From: Desulfonatronovibrionaceae bacterium
GTDB taxonomy: Bacteria > Desulfobacterota > Desulfovibrionia > Desulfovibrionales > Desulfonatronovibrionaceae
Length of the DNA: 54,375 bases
Assembly (NCBI GenBank): GCA_046539845.1
Contig: JBKHGE010000011.1
Span: 1 to 54,375 of the forward strand
Direction of reading: 5' to 3'
Made by a program: the position numbers and the translations under genes. This document shows, piece by piece, positions 27,777 through 37,605 of this stretch. The notes beneath the pieces were generated by a model that worked only from the letters and a program-made list of their open reading frames with translations, made no database searches and was not told the DNA's origin. Each line of letters starts with the position of its first letter. Within the stretch, counting starts at the first letter, position 1.

Positions 27777-27828
27777 CTCCTGCCCCCCTAGTTATCCACC
27801 CTGATGACCCCGGGTCTCAGACGAAAAA

Positions 27829-28266
27829 TTACTCCTTGCCGACGTCCTCGCTTTCTGAACCGGCCGCTTCCTCCTCTCCGGGTCCGCCGGCGCCATCTTC
27901 AGGGCCCTGTAGCTTAACTTTGCCCTTTTTCTTCGGCGGCTCGCCCTGCAGGGATACGTGAAACTTCTCCTCCTCCGGGGGACGGTAGTCCCGGCTCTGG
28001 TACAGGCAGCTTGTGGGGCAGTTATCCACACAAATCCCGCAGTAAACACAGGCGAACGGATCCATATCCCAGAAGCCTTTTTTATCCACGGTGATGCATT
28101 TTGACGGGCACTTGCGCATGCATGTCCCGCAGAAGATGCAGTCCTCCAGACGGATCTCCAGCGCACCCCGGGAAAGCTCGAACGGCTCCCGCACATCCAC
28201 AGGATAAAGGCGGGTGGCGCTTTTGGAAAAAAAGTTCTTCAAAATACTCGGGGTCATGTGCAGCAT
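27829..28266 (-). CDS. echF: Ech hydrogenase 2x[4Fe-4S] subunit
   Basis: ATRLYP, CIFCGTCMRKCP and CVYCGICVDNCP; last gene of the ech operon. Confidence 0.9.
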   Translation of the reverse strand: MLHMTPSILKNFFSKSATRLYPVDVREPFELSRGALEIRLEDCIFCGTCMRKCPSKCITVDKKGFWDMDPFACVYCGICVDNCPTSCLYQSRDYRPPEEEKFHVSLQGEPPKKKGKVKLQGPEDGAGGPGEEEAAGSESEDVGKE

Positions 28267-28275
28267 GGCATACCT

Positions 28276-29352
28276 CTATCTTTCTGTACAGCTTATGCAG
28301 GGGTCAATGGACAAAACCGCCACCGGGACATTGGCCAGATCCACCCCGGGGAGCATCTTGAGCATGCCCGGGATATTGGCAAACGTCGGCGTGCGGATGC
28401 GCATCCTTTCCAGGTGCTTGGTACCGTCCGCCTTGATATAATACATGAGTTCGCCTCTAGGCTGTTCACTGCGGCTTATGGCCTCGCCTTCCGGCCAGCC
28501 CTTGACCTTGACCCGGTTCTCCCCACGCGGGAGCCTGCTTATGGCCTGGCGGACCAGATCAATACTCTGCAAGACCTCCCGGAAACGGACCTTGGCCCGG
28601 GAGTAGCTGTCCCCGTCCGGCTCGATCACCGGCTCGAAATCCAGCTCGGAATACGCGCCGTATCCGCTCTGGCGCACGTCCTGGGCCACGCCGCTGCCAC
28701 GCAGGGTCGGCCCCACGGCCCCGGACTCATAGGCCTCATCCCGGCTGAGGATGCCCACGCCCCGGGTTCTCTTTTGCACGGAAAAATCGTCGATAAAAAC
28801 CTGCTTGATCTCCAGAAGCTCCTTTTCCACCTCTTCCAGGGTCTCCAGTATCCAGGTGCACTGTTCCGGGGTCATTTCCCGCCTAACTCCGCCGACCACA
28901 TTCACGGAAACAATAACCCTGTTCCCGGATGTGGCCTCCTGAATATCCATAACCTTCTCCCGGATCTTCCAGCACTGCATGAAAAGGCTCTCAAAACCGA
29001 AGGCGTCGGCCAAAAGACCCAGCCACAAGAGATGGCTGTGCATGCGATGCACCTCGCCCCAGATAATCCGCAGATACTCCGCCCGCGGAGGGACCTGAAC
29101 ATCCATAAGCTCCTCAATAGCCAGGCAATAGGTATGGGCGTGAATACAGCTGCATATCCCGCAGACCCGCTCCACCACCTGTACCATCTGGTGGATATCC
29201 CTTTTAAGCACCAGATTCTCCAGGCCGCGGTGAACGAAACCCAGTTTGGGCAGGACTTCAGTGACCACCTCGTCGACCACGGTTATCTGCAGGTGCAGGG
29301 GCTCCGGCAGTACCGGGTGCTGCGGTCCGAAAGGTATTACTGTCGGGGCCAT
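28276..29352 (-). CDS. echE: Ech [NiFe]-hydrogenase large subunit (group 4)
   Basis: FGPQHP, HRGLE, ERVCGICS (RxCxxC), C-terminal DPCISCTER. Confidence 0.96.
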   Translation of the reverse strand: MAPTVIPFGPQHPVLPEPLHLQITVVDEVVTEVLPKLGFVHRGLENLVLKRDIHQMVQVVERVCGICSCIHAHTYCLAIEELMDVQVPPRAEYLRIIWGEVHRMHSHLLWLGLLADAFGFESLFMQCWKIREKVMDIQEATSGNRVIVSVNVVGGVRREMTPEQCTWILETLEEVEKELLEIKQVFIDDFSVQKRTRGVGILSRDEAYESGAVGPTLRGSGVAQDVRQSGYGAYSELDFEPVIEPDGDSYSRAKVRFREVLQSIDLVRQAISRLPRGENRVKVKGWPEGEAISRSEQPRGELMYYIKADGTKHLERMRIRTPTFANIPGMLKMLPGVDLANVPVAVLSIDPCISCTER

Positions 29353-29726
29353 TATTCATCTCCCTTTGCGTTGCTTTCCTGCCTTTTAATGCTCATGGCG
29401 CAGAAAGGAGCCTTCTGCACCTCGTCCTCAAGAAAAAACGACCCTTTAAAATCCAGGGCCAACCCGGTAAAACTCACCCCGAAATGGTCCTGAATTTCAT
29501 TTTCCACCAGAAGAGCAGAGCCGTAAATCCCGGATATGCTCTCCGGGCATTCCCCGTGGGGAACGCTTATCGCGAAATTGACCATATTCAGGTCCTTGTC
29601 AAAATGGTATATGTATTCAATGTCCTCGCCGTTATCCACGCTGGACATGGTCACCAGCCTGTATCCCATATTCTTCATTTCCCAAACCCGGTTCTTGAGT
29701 TCGGACCTTTTTATCCGCTCGATCAT
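29352..29726 (-). CDS. echD: Ech hydrogenase NuoC-like subunit
   Basis: YHFDK, SISGIY...ENEIQDHFG; position between echC and echE. Confidence 0.9.
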   Translation of the reverse strand: MIERIKRSELKNRVWEMKNMGYRLVTMSSVDNGEDIEYIYHFDKDLNMVNFAISVPHGECPESISGIYGSALLVENEIQDHFGVSFTGLALDFKGSFFLEDEVQKAPFCAMSIKRQESNAKGDE

Positions 29727-30253
29727 TTTTCCTCTCCGGTCTTGAAATTCTCGTATCTCTCGGAATAAGTGGCACTCATCTCGCTGAGTTCGTCAGTCAC
29801 GGGAGAAACCTCCCGGCCGTCCTTTGCGGACAGGGCGCCCAGCCCGGCCACAACTCCGTCGATTATGGCCTCCGGCTTGGGCGGACAGCCCGGGACATAG
29901 ATATCCACCGGGATAACCTTGTCTATCCCGCCGATAACATTGTAGGCGTCCCGGAAAATCCCGCCGCTGTTCCCGCAGGACCCAACGCTGACCACGATCT
30001 TGGGGTGGGGCATCTGGTCGTAGATATTCTCCAGAACCGGGCGGTTGCGGTAGTTGACCGTGCCGGTGACCAAGAGCAGATCAGCGTGCTTGGGATTGCC
30101 CACATTTATTATTCCAAACCGCTCCACATCGTAGACCGGGGTGAGGCAGGCCAGGACCTCGATGTCACACCCGTTGCAGCTGCCGCAATCAAAATGCAGA
30201 AGCCAGGGTGATTTTACTCTGGACATATTCGCAAAGCTCTTGAGGAAGTTCAT
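29723..30253 (-). CDS. echC: Ech hydrogenase small subunit (NuoB-like)
   Basis: CGSCNGCDIE, GNPKHAD, VGSCG, YVPGCPPKPE. Confidence 0.95.
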   Translation of the reverse strand: MNFLKSFANMSRVKSPWLLHFDCGSCNGCDIEVLACLTPVYDVERFGIINVGNPKHADLLLVTGTVNYRNRPVLENIYDQMPHPKIVVSVGSCGNSGGIFRDAYNVIGGIDKVIPVDIYVPGCPPKPEAIIDGVVAGLGALSAKDGREVSPVTDELSEMSATYSERYENFKTGEEK

Positions 30254-30280
30254 CTGAATGCTCCAGTTTTTCCAGGGTAT

Positions 30281-31144
30281 TTAAAAATATTCTGCGTACA
30301 AGAGCGCTATATTCATAAAGGACAGACCGATTCCAACCCCCCAGACATAGGTCAGCATCCAGCGCCAGGTAGCCCGAGTCACCAGATTGTCAATCAGTAT
30401 CTCCCCCATGTAGGTCAAAACCAGCAAAACTGCCATGCCCACTGCGCTGGTGGACCAAAATAAAGCACAAATCGCCAATACGAGCACGATCTCGTACCAG
30501 TGCGCAATCTCCACGATGGCCAGATGCGGGCCGGAGTATTCGGTCAAGACCCCTTTGACTATCTCTTGATGTCCGTGATGCGAGGTGGAGATATCAAAAG
30601 GCGATTTGCGCAGCTTAATGGTCAGGGCAAAGCCCAGAACCAGGTACATAAGCGGCAGGGTCAAAAGAATCGGCTCCCCATGATTCAAAATGTCCGAGAT
30701 TTTGAAACTCCCGGTAACAAAATAGATGGTCACAAAGACCAGGACCAGAAGGGGCTCGTAGGTGAGCATCTGCATTAGTTCGCGCTGGGCTCCGACCTGG
30801 CTGTACGGGGAAGGAGTGGACAACGCGCCCATGACCATAAACACCCCGCCGATGGTCAAAACAAAAAAGATCATCAAAAGATCAGACTGGATGGCGAACA
30901 GGAATACGCACATGGCCGCGGACACCAGATAGATATGCGCGCACAAAATCTGCCAGTAATTGACCGCCATGCGTTTTTTGCCCAGGAGCTTTAACACGTC
31001 GTAGAAAGGCTGCAGAACGGGAGGTCCGTACCGGCCCTGGAACCAAGCGGTCAGCCTCCGGTCTATCCCGGCTATAAGCCCGCCAACAAACGGTGCCAGG
31101 AGGATACTTATTATGCCCAAAAACAGGTTTCCGGCTGAAAACAT
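30281..31144 (-). CDS. echB: Ech hydrogenase NuoH-like membrane subunit
   Basis: GIDRRLTA..QGRYGPP..QPFYD, KSPFD, EYSG motifs. Confidence 0.93.
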   Translation of the reverse strand: MFSAGNLFLGIISILLAPFVGGLIAGIDRRLTAWFQGRYGPPVLQPFYDVLKLLGKKRMAVNYWQILCAHIYLVSAAMCVFLFAIQSDLLMIFFVLTIGGVFMVMGALSTPSPYSQVGAQRELMQMLTYEPLLVLVFVTIYFVTGSFKISDILNHGEPILLTLPLMYLVLGFALTIKLRKSPFDISTSHHGHQEIVKGVLTEYSGPHLAIVEIAHWYEIVLVLAICALFWSTSAVGMAVLLVLTYMGEILIDNLVTRATWRWMLTYVWGVGIGLSFMNIALLYAEYF

Positions 31145-31217
31145 GGTCAGACTCCGTTACTTTTGAAAATAAGCATTGTACAGGGTCAGCTTCGAACACG
31201 CCTCCGGGAAAACAGGC

Positions 31218-33146
31218 CTAAAACACGCCAGCCATAAGGATAATAATTATCCCGATACCGACAATATTGATCCCGGTGAGTATGCGTTCCTCGCCGATAT
31301 AGTCCCGGAGATAATAGTTTCCGCTCTTAAAGGGGACAAATATGCCCAGGGGGCCGTTGAATCCGAACTGCTCCCCCTCCCTGAGCTGGATGCCGGACAT
31401 GTACGGGGCGGAATAAGAGCGCTCCCGGATCCTGGATGCGGCGCGGATAGCGTATATGAGTCCGGCCACCAGGATAAAGAATACCGGATATATGGCAAAG
31501 GCGCCGATCTCGTTGAACAATCCGCCGCTGCCGGTCAGATAGATCCCTTCACTGTAGTATTTTTGGACCACGGGCTGAACCATCCGGGTATACACCCCGA
31601 CGACCAGTAAACTGGTAACAACGCTCAGGGCGGCCAGGGCGGTCAGAGGGATGGAAACGAACCAGCTCTGAACCTCCTTTTTCATCTCCTCTTCGCTGAA
31701 AGTGGAGCTCAAGAGAAGGCCGGCCCACCTGGCCCAGAAGACCACTGTAAAAGCGCTGCCCAAAGCGAGCATGACCACGACCAGAGGCTGCTTGGAGCAG
31801 GCCTCTATGGCCATCCACTTGCTTAGAAGCACCCCGAACGGGGGCAAAAACATGGTTATCATGCCGATGACCGTGACGATCGTGGTCTTGGGCATAATGG
31901 AAAACAACCCGCGCATGTCCTCTATATTCCGGCTGCCTATCTTCTGTTCTATGCTCCCTACGCACATGAACAGCAGCCCTTTGGATAGGGCGTGAAACAG
32001 GATAAGTAAAATTCCCGCAGACATGGCCGCCGGGGTATCGATCCCGGCACAGGCGATGACCATGCCCAGATTGCCTATTGTGGAATAGGCCAGTATTTTC
32101 TTCCCGTTGGTCTGGGACAAGGCCAGAGTGGAGGTGGCGATAAAGGTAAAAGCCCCGAAAAGGGCCACATAGGAGGCGAACAAAGTATCCTGAAAGGCCG
32201 GGGCCAGACGGAGGATGAAATATACGCCGGCATTGACCATGGTCGAGGAATGCAAAAGCGCGGACACCGGGGTGGGGGCGACCATGGCCCCGGTCAGCCA
32301 ATTCTGAAACGGGACTTGCGCGGACTTGGTGAAGCCGGCCAGGCAGAAAAGGGCCATAGGCAGAAGCAGGACACCGGCCCGGGGCTCGTTTACCAGGGCC
32401 ATGAGCTCCAGAGGCAGGTCATTGGCCCGGACTATCACCAGACCGAGAACCAAAGCCAGACCGCCCAGAAGATTCATCCACAGGGCTTTCTCGCTGTTTT
32501 GCCGGGCTTCAGTGGTACCGTCATGCCCGATTAGGACAAAGGAGCAAAAAGTGGTCACTTCCCAGAAAAAATACAGCCACAGCAGATTATTGCTCAGAAC
32601 CAGACCGTTCATGACCCCGAGAAAAAGGAGCATGAAGAAAAAGAACCTGCCCTGGGCGGATCTCTCCAGCCCCAGATGCTCTTCGTGCCTGCGCATGTAT
32701 TCCACGGCGTAAAGGCATATGAGCGAGCCGACCACACTAACCACCAAGAGCATCATAAGTGAAAACTCATCCGCGAACAAAGGCTGGCTGTGCATGGACG
32801 GACCGGGCATCAGCTCGACCACAGCCAGAAACACGATCTGCAGCCCGGTCAACACGGTTATGAGATGGTTTCTGCGTCTCACGCCTATGTACAGGATGAC
32901 AAAGAGCAGGAGAAAATCCAGTACAGCGACGAGCAGATGGGAATTCAGAAACGGCCCCAGATCCGGATCATACTGCATGGGCCCGGCCAGATAGGCCAGC
33001 ACCGAACCGGTCGTCACCAGAACGGCCGAGGCCATAACCACCGCCTTCTGCAGGATGCGGATGTTGGGCAGCACCAGCAACGCTCCCAAGACGGGAGCAA
33101 GTATGCAAAGGCCCATGATTTGTGCGGGAGTAAACAAGACTCTCAC
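31218..33146 (-). CDS. echA: Ech hydrogenase antiporter-like (NuoL/MrpA) membrane subunit
   Basis: FWEVTT, TKSAQVPF, AMVAPTPVSALLHSSTMV, LAYST, FHALSKGLLF; GTG start after AAGGAGG. Confidence 0.93.
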   Translation of the reverse strand: MRVLFTPAQIMGLCILAPVLGALLVLPNIRILQKAVVMASAVLVTTGSVLAYLAGPMQYDPDLGPFLNSHLLVAVLDFLLLFVILYIGVRRRNHLITVLTGLQIVFLAVVELMPGPSMHSQPLFADEFSLMMLLVVSVVGSLICLYAVEYMRRHEEHLGLERSAQGRFFFFMLLFLGVMNGLVLSNNLLWLYFFWEVTTFCSFVLIGHDGTTEARQNSEKALWMNLLGGLALVLGLVIVRANDLPLELMALVNEPRAGVLLLPMALFCLAGFTKSAQVPFQNWLTGAMVAPTPVSALLHSSTMVNAGVYFILRLAPAFQDTLFASYVALFGAFTFIATSTLALSQTNGKKILAYSTIGNLGMVIACAGIDTPAAMSAGILLILFHALSKGLLFMCVGSIEQKIGSRNIEDMRGLFSIMPKTTIVTVIGMITMFLPPFGVLLSKWMAIEACSKQPLVVVMLALGSAFTVVFWARWAGLLLSSTFSEEEMKKEVQSWFVSIPLTALAALSVVTSLLVVGVYTRMVQPVVQKYYSEGIYLTGSGGLFNEIGAFAIYPVFFILVAGLIYAIRAASRIRERSYSAPYMSGIQLREGEQFGFNGPLGIFVPFKSGNYYLRDYIGEERILTGINIVGIGIIIILMAGVF

Positions 33147-33266
33147 CCTCCTTTTTCAAACCCTTCCGGACTTTTTTTGAAGTTTTTGAAAATAGACCCT
33201 TATCTTTCTGCGACCACTAAAAAAAGGCCAACGGAGAAAAACAGCAGATGAACGGTCACAGCCTTT

Positions 33267-34403
33267 TCAGACCCGGTTGTTTAGTATGCGGGAGATGATC
33301 GCATCGCTTACCAGCATGCCGTTTTTGGTCAGACGAACGTAACCGCCCGAGATCCGGATCAAATTGTTGTCGTGCAGGGCCTGAATAAGATTGCGATAAA
33401 CGGCGCAAAAATCCCGGCCGGAGGCGAGGCGGTACTCGCGCAGGGAAAGCCCCCGGGTGGTGCGCAACGAAAGCATGACCATCTCTTTAAGGGCCTTGTC
33501 CGGGGATATAAATTCCCGTCCCTCTCTTGCGGACCCGTATTCAGCAGCATGGGCATAATCCTTGACATTAGCCGGATTCTGCCACCTCTGCCCGTCCAGG
33601 GTGGATACCGAGGAAGGACCCAGTCCCAGAAAGTCCTCTCCCTGCCAGTAGCCCAGATTGTGCCCGCAGGCAAAACCCATGCGGGCGAAATTGGATATCT
33701 CATACTGGAGCAGGCCCGCGCCCTCCAGATATTCCGCGCCATAGATATACATGCGGGCCTGTTCGTCTTCACCCGGGAATTCCAGCCCGCCCTCCTCTTC
33801 CTGTCGAGCCAGGACAGTGCCCGGCTCCAGGGTCAGGCCGTAACAGGAAATATGCTTCGGGCCGTGGCGGACCACGGTCTTGAGGGTCTCCAGCCATTGG
33901 GCCGGAGACTGGCCGGGCAAACCCCAGATAAGATCCACGCCCGTGTTTTCCAGGCCGGCTTCCCGGACCAGGCGCAAGGTCTCCAGACCCTGCCTAGCTG
34001 TATGGGCCCTGCCCAGTACATGGAGCTGCTCCGGGGCCAGGGACTGCAGGCCGATGCTCACCCTGTTCACGCCCAACCCGGTTAGGCCGCGGATATAATC
34101 CCTCCTGCCCAAGGATTCCGGATTGCCCTCCAGGGTGAACTCCAGCCCCTTGTCCAAAGAGAATTCTTTGTCTATCCAACCGATTATTTGCTCCAAATCC
34201 TGGAGCGGGAGGACCGACGGGGTCCCGCCCCCGAAATACACGCTTTTGACGCGTCTGTCCCCGTACTCATCTCCCCGCCGCCTGATCTCCTGCTCCAGCC
34301 CGGCCAAAAAAATCTGCTTGCTCTCGGGGATTAGCTGTTGGGAAAAAAAAGCGCAATACGTACATTTGCTGCGGCAAAAGGGTATGTGCACATACAGGCG
34401 CAT
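33267..34403 (-). CDS. hemW: Radical SAM heme chaperone HemW (HemN-like)
   Basis: LYVHIPFCRSKCTYCAF, YFGGGTPS, YEISNFA, HNLGYW. Confidence 0.92.
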   Translation of the reverse strand: MRLYVHIPFCRSKCTYCAFFSQQLIPESKQIFLAGLEQEIRRRGDEYGDRRVKSVYFGGGTPSVLPLQDLEQIIGWIDKEFSLDKGLEFTLEGNPESLGRRDYIRGLTGLGVNRVSIGLQSLAPEQLHVLGRAHTARQGLETLRLVREAGLENTGVDLIWGLPGQSPAQWLETLKTVVRHGPKHISCYGLTLEPGTVLARQEEEGGLEFPGEDEQARMYIYGAEYLEGAGLLQYEISNFARMGFACGHNLGYWQGEDFLGLGPSSVSTLDGQRWQNPANVKDYAHAAEYGSAREGREFISPDKALKEMVMLSLRTTRGLSLREYRLASGRDFCAVYRNLIQALHDNNLIRISGGYVRLTKNGMLVSDAIISRILNNRV

Positions 34404-34416
34404 CAAAAATCCCGGC

Positions 34417-34977
34417 TCAAAACGATATCAAGGCGTTGAGTTCCCGGATATAGCGTTCCTTTTCGCTGTAGATGCAGCCACAGTACTGCTGCCGATACAC
34501 TGCCCACTCTTTGGACTGCTCAATGCCCTCTTTCCATCCGGGACGAAAATCCTGATAGTAGAACCGGGTTCCGGAATTTCCGGCCGCATCCCGGCCCAAT
34601 GCGGCCACTGTCTCGTGCATCTGCTGCCTGGAGTACAAAAGAGTGGAGGAATAAAAGTCAAACTTGCCCCTGGAGGCTATGGACCAAGCCCGCTCCAGGC
34701 GCATGTGATAGCATATGCGGCAGCGGTTATTTTCCCGGAAGGCCACGGCCCGCAAATAATCTTGCGGATCATATTCATCATCCTTGTAAATAACCTTCAA
34801 ATCCATTTTTTCCGCCACCCGGACCAAGCCCTGCCTGCGGCTCAGATACTCCTTGAGGGGGTGGATATTCGGGTTGTAAAATAGGCCGACCACTTCCAGA
34901 CCGGCCCGGCGCAGGCACCTGACCGGATAGATAGCACACGGCCCGCAGCAGATATGGAGCAGAACACGGCCGGCCAT
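34417..34977 (-). CDS. queH: Epoxyqueuosine reductase QueH
   Basis: LLHICCGPC, FYNPNIHP, RCRICY, YRQQYCGC. Confidence 0.92.
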   Translation of the reverse strand: MAGRVLLHICCGPCAIYPVRCLRRAGLEVVGLFYNPNIHPLKEYLSRRQGLVRVAEKMDLKVIYKDDEYDPQDYLRAVAFRENNRCRICYHMRLERAWSIASRGKFDFYSSTLLYSRQQMHETVAALGRDAAGNSGTRFYYQDFRPGWKEGIEQSKEWAVYRQQYCGCIYSEKERYIRELNALISF

Positions 34978-34984
34978 GCCCGGA

Positions 34985-36451
34985 TTACCCCCTGGTGGCA
35001 GTGACTATCTCTATGCTGCGCCCTGAACTCTGTTCCATCTCGTGCAGCTGTTTGCGCTTCTTGTTCAAAAGATACAGAGCCAGTCCCGGATCTACAGTGT
35101 ACTCCAGTACCTCGGGACAAGACTTGCGCCTGAGCAGCCTGTAAATCTCCTTTAGGGCCTGCAGTGCCTGCCATTCCAGATTGCGCACCCGCCCGGTCCC
35201 GTTACAGCATTCACAATTGCGCCAGGTTATGGACAAGGCCGAGGATCCCAGGCGCTGCCGCACCAATTGAACCAATCCGAATCTGGACATGCGGTTCATA
35301 TCCGTACGGGCCTTGTCCGTTTTCAATCCGGCCCGCAGGGTCTTTTCCACCTCCCGGACATGCTTTTTGTCCTTCATCTCGATGAAGTCGATAACCACCT
35401 GCCCGCCGATATCCCGCAGGCGGAGCTGCTGGGGAATGACCGTGGCCGCTTCCATGTTCGTCTTGTAGGCCATTTCCCGGAAATTCTTTTCCGCACCCAG
35501 CTTGCCGGAATTGATATCCACAGCGGTCAGGGCCTCGGACTGATCAAACACCAGTTGCCCGCCTCCGGGCAGCTCCACTTCCCGGGCCGCGACCTGGGAG
35601 ATCTGCTGCTCCAGGTTGAATCTCTCCAAAAGGCTGCGCTCCGGATCCTGATGCAGCTTGACCATGGACTTGCGGCGGGGAAAAACAAGGGAGACGAACT
35701 GCCTGACCTGCCCGGCCACCTCCTCATCGTCTACCCAGACCTCGCCCACATCAGAGGTCAGATAGTCCCGGATGGCCCGGAAGGCCAAGTCCTTCTCCTG
35801 GTTTATGAGCTCCGGCGCGCTGGCGGACATCCCTTTTCTGCGCACCTCCTTCCACAGCCGCTTCAAAAACTGCATGTCCCTGGACAAGCTGGTTTTGCTC
35901 TGACCTTCGCTCACGGTACGCACGATAACGCCCAAGCCCTCCTCCAGGTTAAATTCCTCCACTATGGAGCGCAGTCTTTCCCTTTCCTTCTCGTCCTCTA
36001 TCTTGCGCGAGATACCCATCTGCTCCCGTCCCGGGGTAAGGACCAGAAACCGACCGGGAAGGGAGAGATACGTGGTCAGAAAGGCGCCCTTATTCCCGGT
36101 CGGTTCCTTGACCACCTGGACCAAAAGCTCCTGGCCGGACTTCAACACCTTTTGCAGGGGCGGGTACTTATAGCCCTTGGTCGGCTTGATATCTTTCTGA
36201 TAGTATTCCGGATGCACCTCATCCACCTGCAAAAAACCATTCTTCTTGGCCCCGTAGTTAATGAACGCGGCCTGCAGGGCGGGATCGATATTGTGGATCC
36301 TGCCGCGGTAAATATTGCCTTTTGTCTTGCTCTGGTGCAGCATCTCCACATAATATTCCTGCAGCCAGCCGTCCTCGGCCAGGGCCAATTCTATCTGCTC
36401 CCCGGGCAAAACGCTTATAAACATCTTCCTTTTTTTCTTATTCGCTACCAT
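34985..36451 (-). CDS. rne: Rne/Rng family ribonuclease (catalytic domain only)
   Basis: KGNIYRG, QAAFINYG, QVVKEP..KGA.LTT, AVDINSG, RLRDIGG..VIDFI, CECCNGTG zinc link. Confidence 0.93.
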   Translation of the reverse strand: MVANKKKRKMFISVLPGEQIELALAEDGWLQEYYVEMLHQSKTKGNIYRGRIHNIDPALQAAFINYGAKKNGFLQVDEVHPEYYQKDIKPTKGYKYPPLQKVLKSGQELLVQVVKEPTGNKGAFLTTYLSLPGRFLVLTPGREQMGISRKIEDEKERERLRSIVEEFNLEEGLGVIVRTVSEGQSKTSLSRDMQFLKRLWKEVRRKGMSASAPELINQEKDLAFRAIRDYLTSDVGEVWVDDEEVAGQVRQFVSLVFPRRKSMVKLHQDPERSLLERFNLEQQISQVAAREVELPGGGQLVFDQSEALTAVDINSGKLGAEKNFREMAYKTNMEAATVIPQQLRLRDIGGQVVIDFIEMKDKKHVREVEKTLRAGLKTDKARTDMNRMSRFGLVQLVRQRLGSSALSITWRNCECCNGTGRVRNLEWQALQALKEIYRLLRRKSCPEVLEYTVDPGLALYLLNKKRKQLHEMEQSSGRSIEIVTATRG

Positions 36452-36461
36452 AACCTTGCTT

Positions 36462-37406
36462 CTACCTCACTGAGAAAAAAATTTTGTCTGTATTCAGGTC
36501 CCGGTCCGCCCGGACCCGTTCCCTGCGGCGCAGTCTTTCCAGCTCGGCCGCGATATCCGGAATGCCCCCACCGAGTGCAAAGGCCAGCTGCTCCACGGTC
36601 TGGGGCCGCCGCCGAAGCGAGGCCAAAACCGTTTCCGGGTCCAGTCTGCCCCCTTTGTCCGGCCCATGGGACTGGTCCTCTCCTGAATCGATACTTGCTA
36701 TGTCCAATCCTAAAAGTTCCCGCCACTTCCCTTCCAGCTCAGGGTCTGTCTTCGGGGCCCGGATATATGAACCCGGCCGGGTCATGCGGGTCAGATCGTG
36801 TCTGTCCGGAGACAGGCGGCTACAGAAATCCCGCAGGCCATGCAGGTTCTGCTCAGAATCGTTATATCCCGGGACCAGAAGGGTCTCCAGAAATATGCGG
36901 CCGGTGTACTCCCTTCTGAACGCCAGCAGCCCCTCCAGGAGATTGGAAAGCCCAACCCCCGGACAGGGACGGTTCAGGCGCAGAAATTCCTCTTCCACCA
37001 CCGTGTCCAATGAGGGCAAAACCGCGTCGGCCAAGCTGAGTTCCCGCCTGACTTCGCTCAGATGCAAAAGGGAAGAATTGGTGAGTACGGCCACCGGAAT
37101 ATCCGGACAGAAACGCTTGACCTCGCCTATGATCCTCCCGGTCTCGGTGTTCAGGCAGGGCTCCCCCATCCCGCCCAGAGTGATGTAGCCCGGCCGCGTG
37201 TGTCCCTGTTCGAACCACAGAGCCAGCTCCTCCAGAATAAGGTCCCCGGACACATAAACATCCCTGACCGCGGTATGCATCCTGGTCCTGCCCACCTCGC
37301 AATACAGGCAGTCAAAATCACATATCTTGGCCCCCAAAAGATCCAGACCCAGGGAGCGGCCTAGGCGGGAGGACATAACCGGTCCAAATATATACTTGAA
37401 ATCCAT
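36462..37406 (-). CDS. Radical SAM protein (TYW1-like group) with a C-terminal winged-helix-like tail
   Basis: FGPVMSSRLGRSLG, CDFDCLYC, GMGEP, VLTNSS, RLNRP. Confidence 0.85.
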   Translation of the reverse strand: MDFKYIFGPVMSSRLGRSLGLDLLGAKICDFDCLYCEVGRTRMHTAVRDVYVSGDLILEELALWFEQGHTRPGYITLGGMGEPCLNTETGRIIGEVKRFCPDIPVAVLTNSSLLHLSEVRRELSLADAVLPSLDTVVEEEFLRLNRPCPGVGLSNLLEGLLAFRREYTGRIFLETLLVPGYNDSEQNLHGLRDFCSRLSPDRHDLTRMTRPGSYIRAPKTDPELEGKWRELLGLDIASIDSGEDQSHGPDKGGRLDPETVLASLRRRPQTVEQLAFALGGGIPDIAAELERLRRRERVRADRDLNTDKIFFSVR

Positions 37407-37605
37407 GTACCCTTATATCTCCGCATCCCGTTACAGCGAGCCCGGAGGCGACTATGCAGTTGCAACCCCGAAGCAAACAGGCTATCAATCGCACTCCTTT
37501 GACAGCCCGGCCGGGTATTTCCCCGGATGATTTAAAAAATTAATATACCCTTTATCCCCAACAGGTCAAATCTGCGGGCAGCCAGTCCCGCATACAGGAG
37601 AAAGC

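Noticed and set aside
28276..29352. Selenocysteine recoding ([NiFeSe] hydrogenase) or programmed frameshifts
   Set aside because: EchE has Cys at all ligand positions, and the recognised genes are uninterrupted.
28258..29493. 411-aa ORF antisense to echE/echD
   Set aside because: Shadow frame with no independent coding signal.
35267..36919. 550-aa ORF antisense to rne and the radical SAM gene
   Set aside because: Shadow ORF over well-supported minus-strand genes; low-complexity translation.
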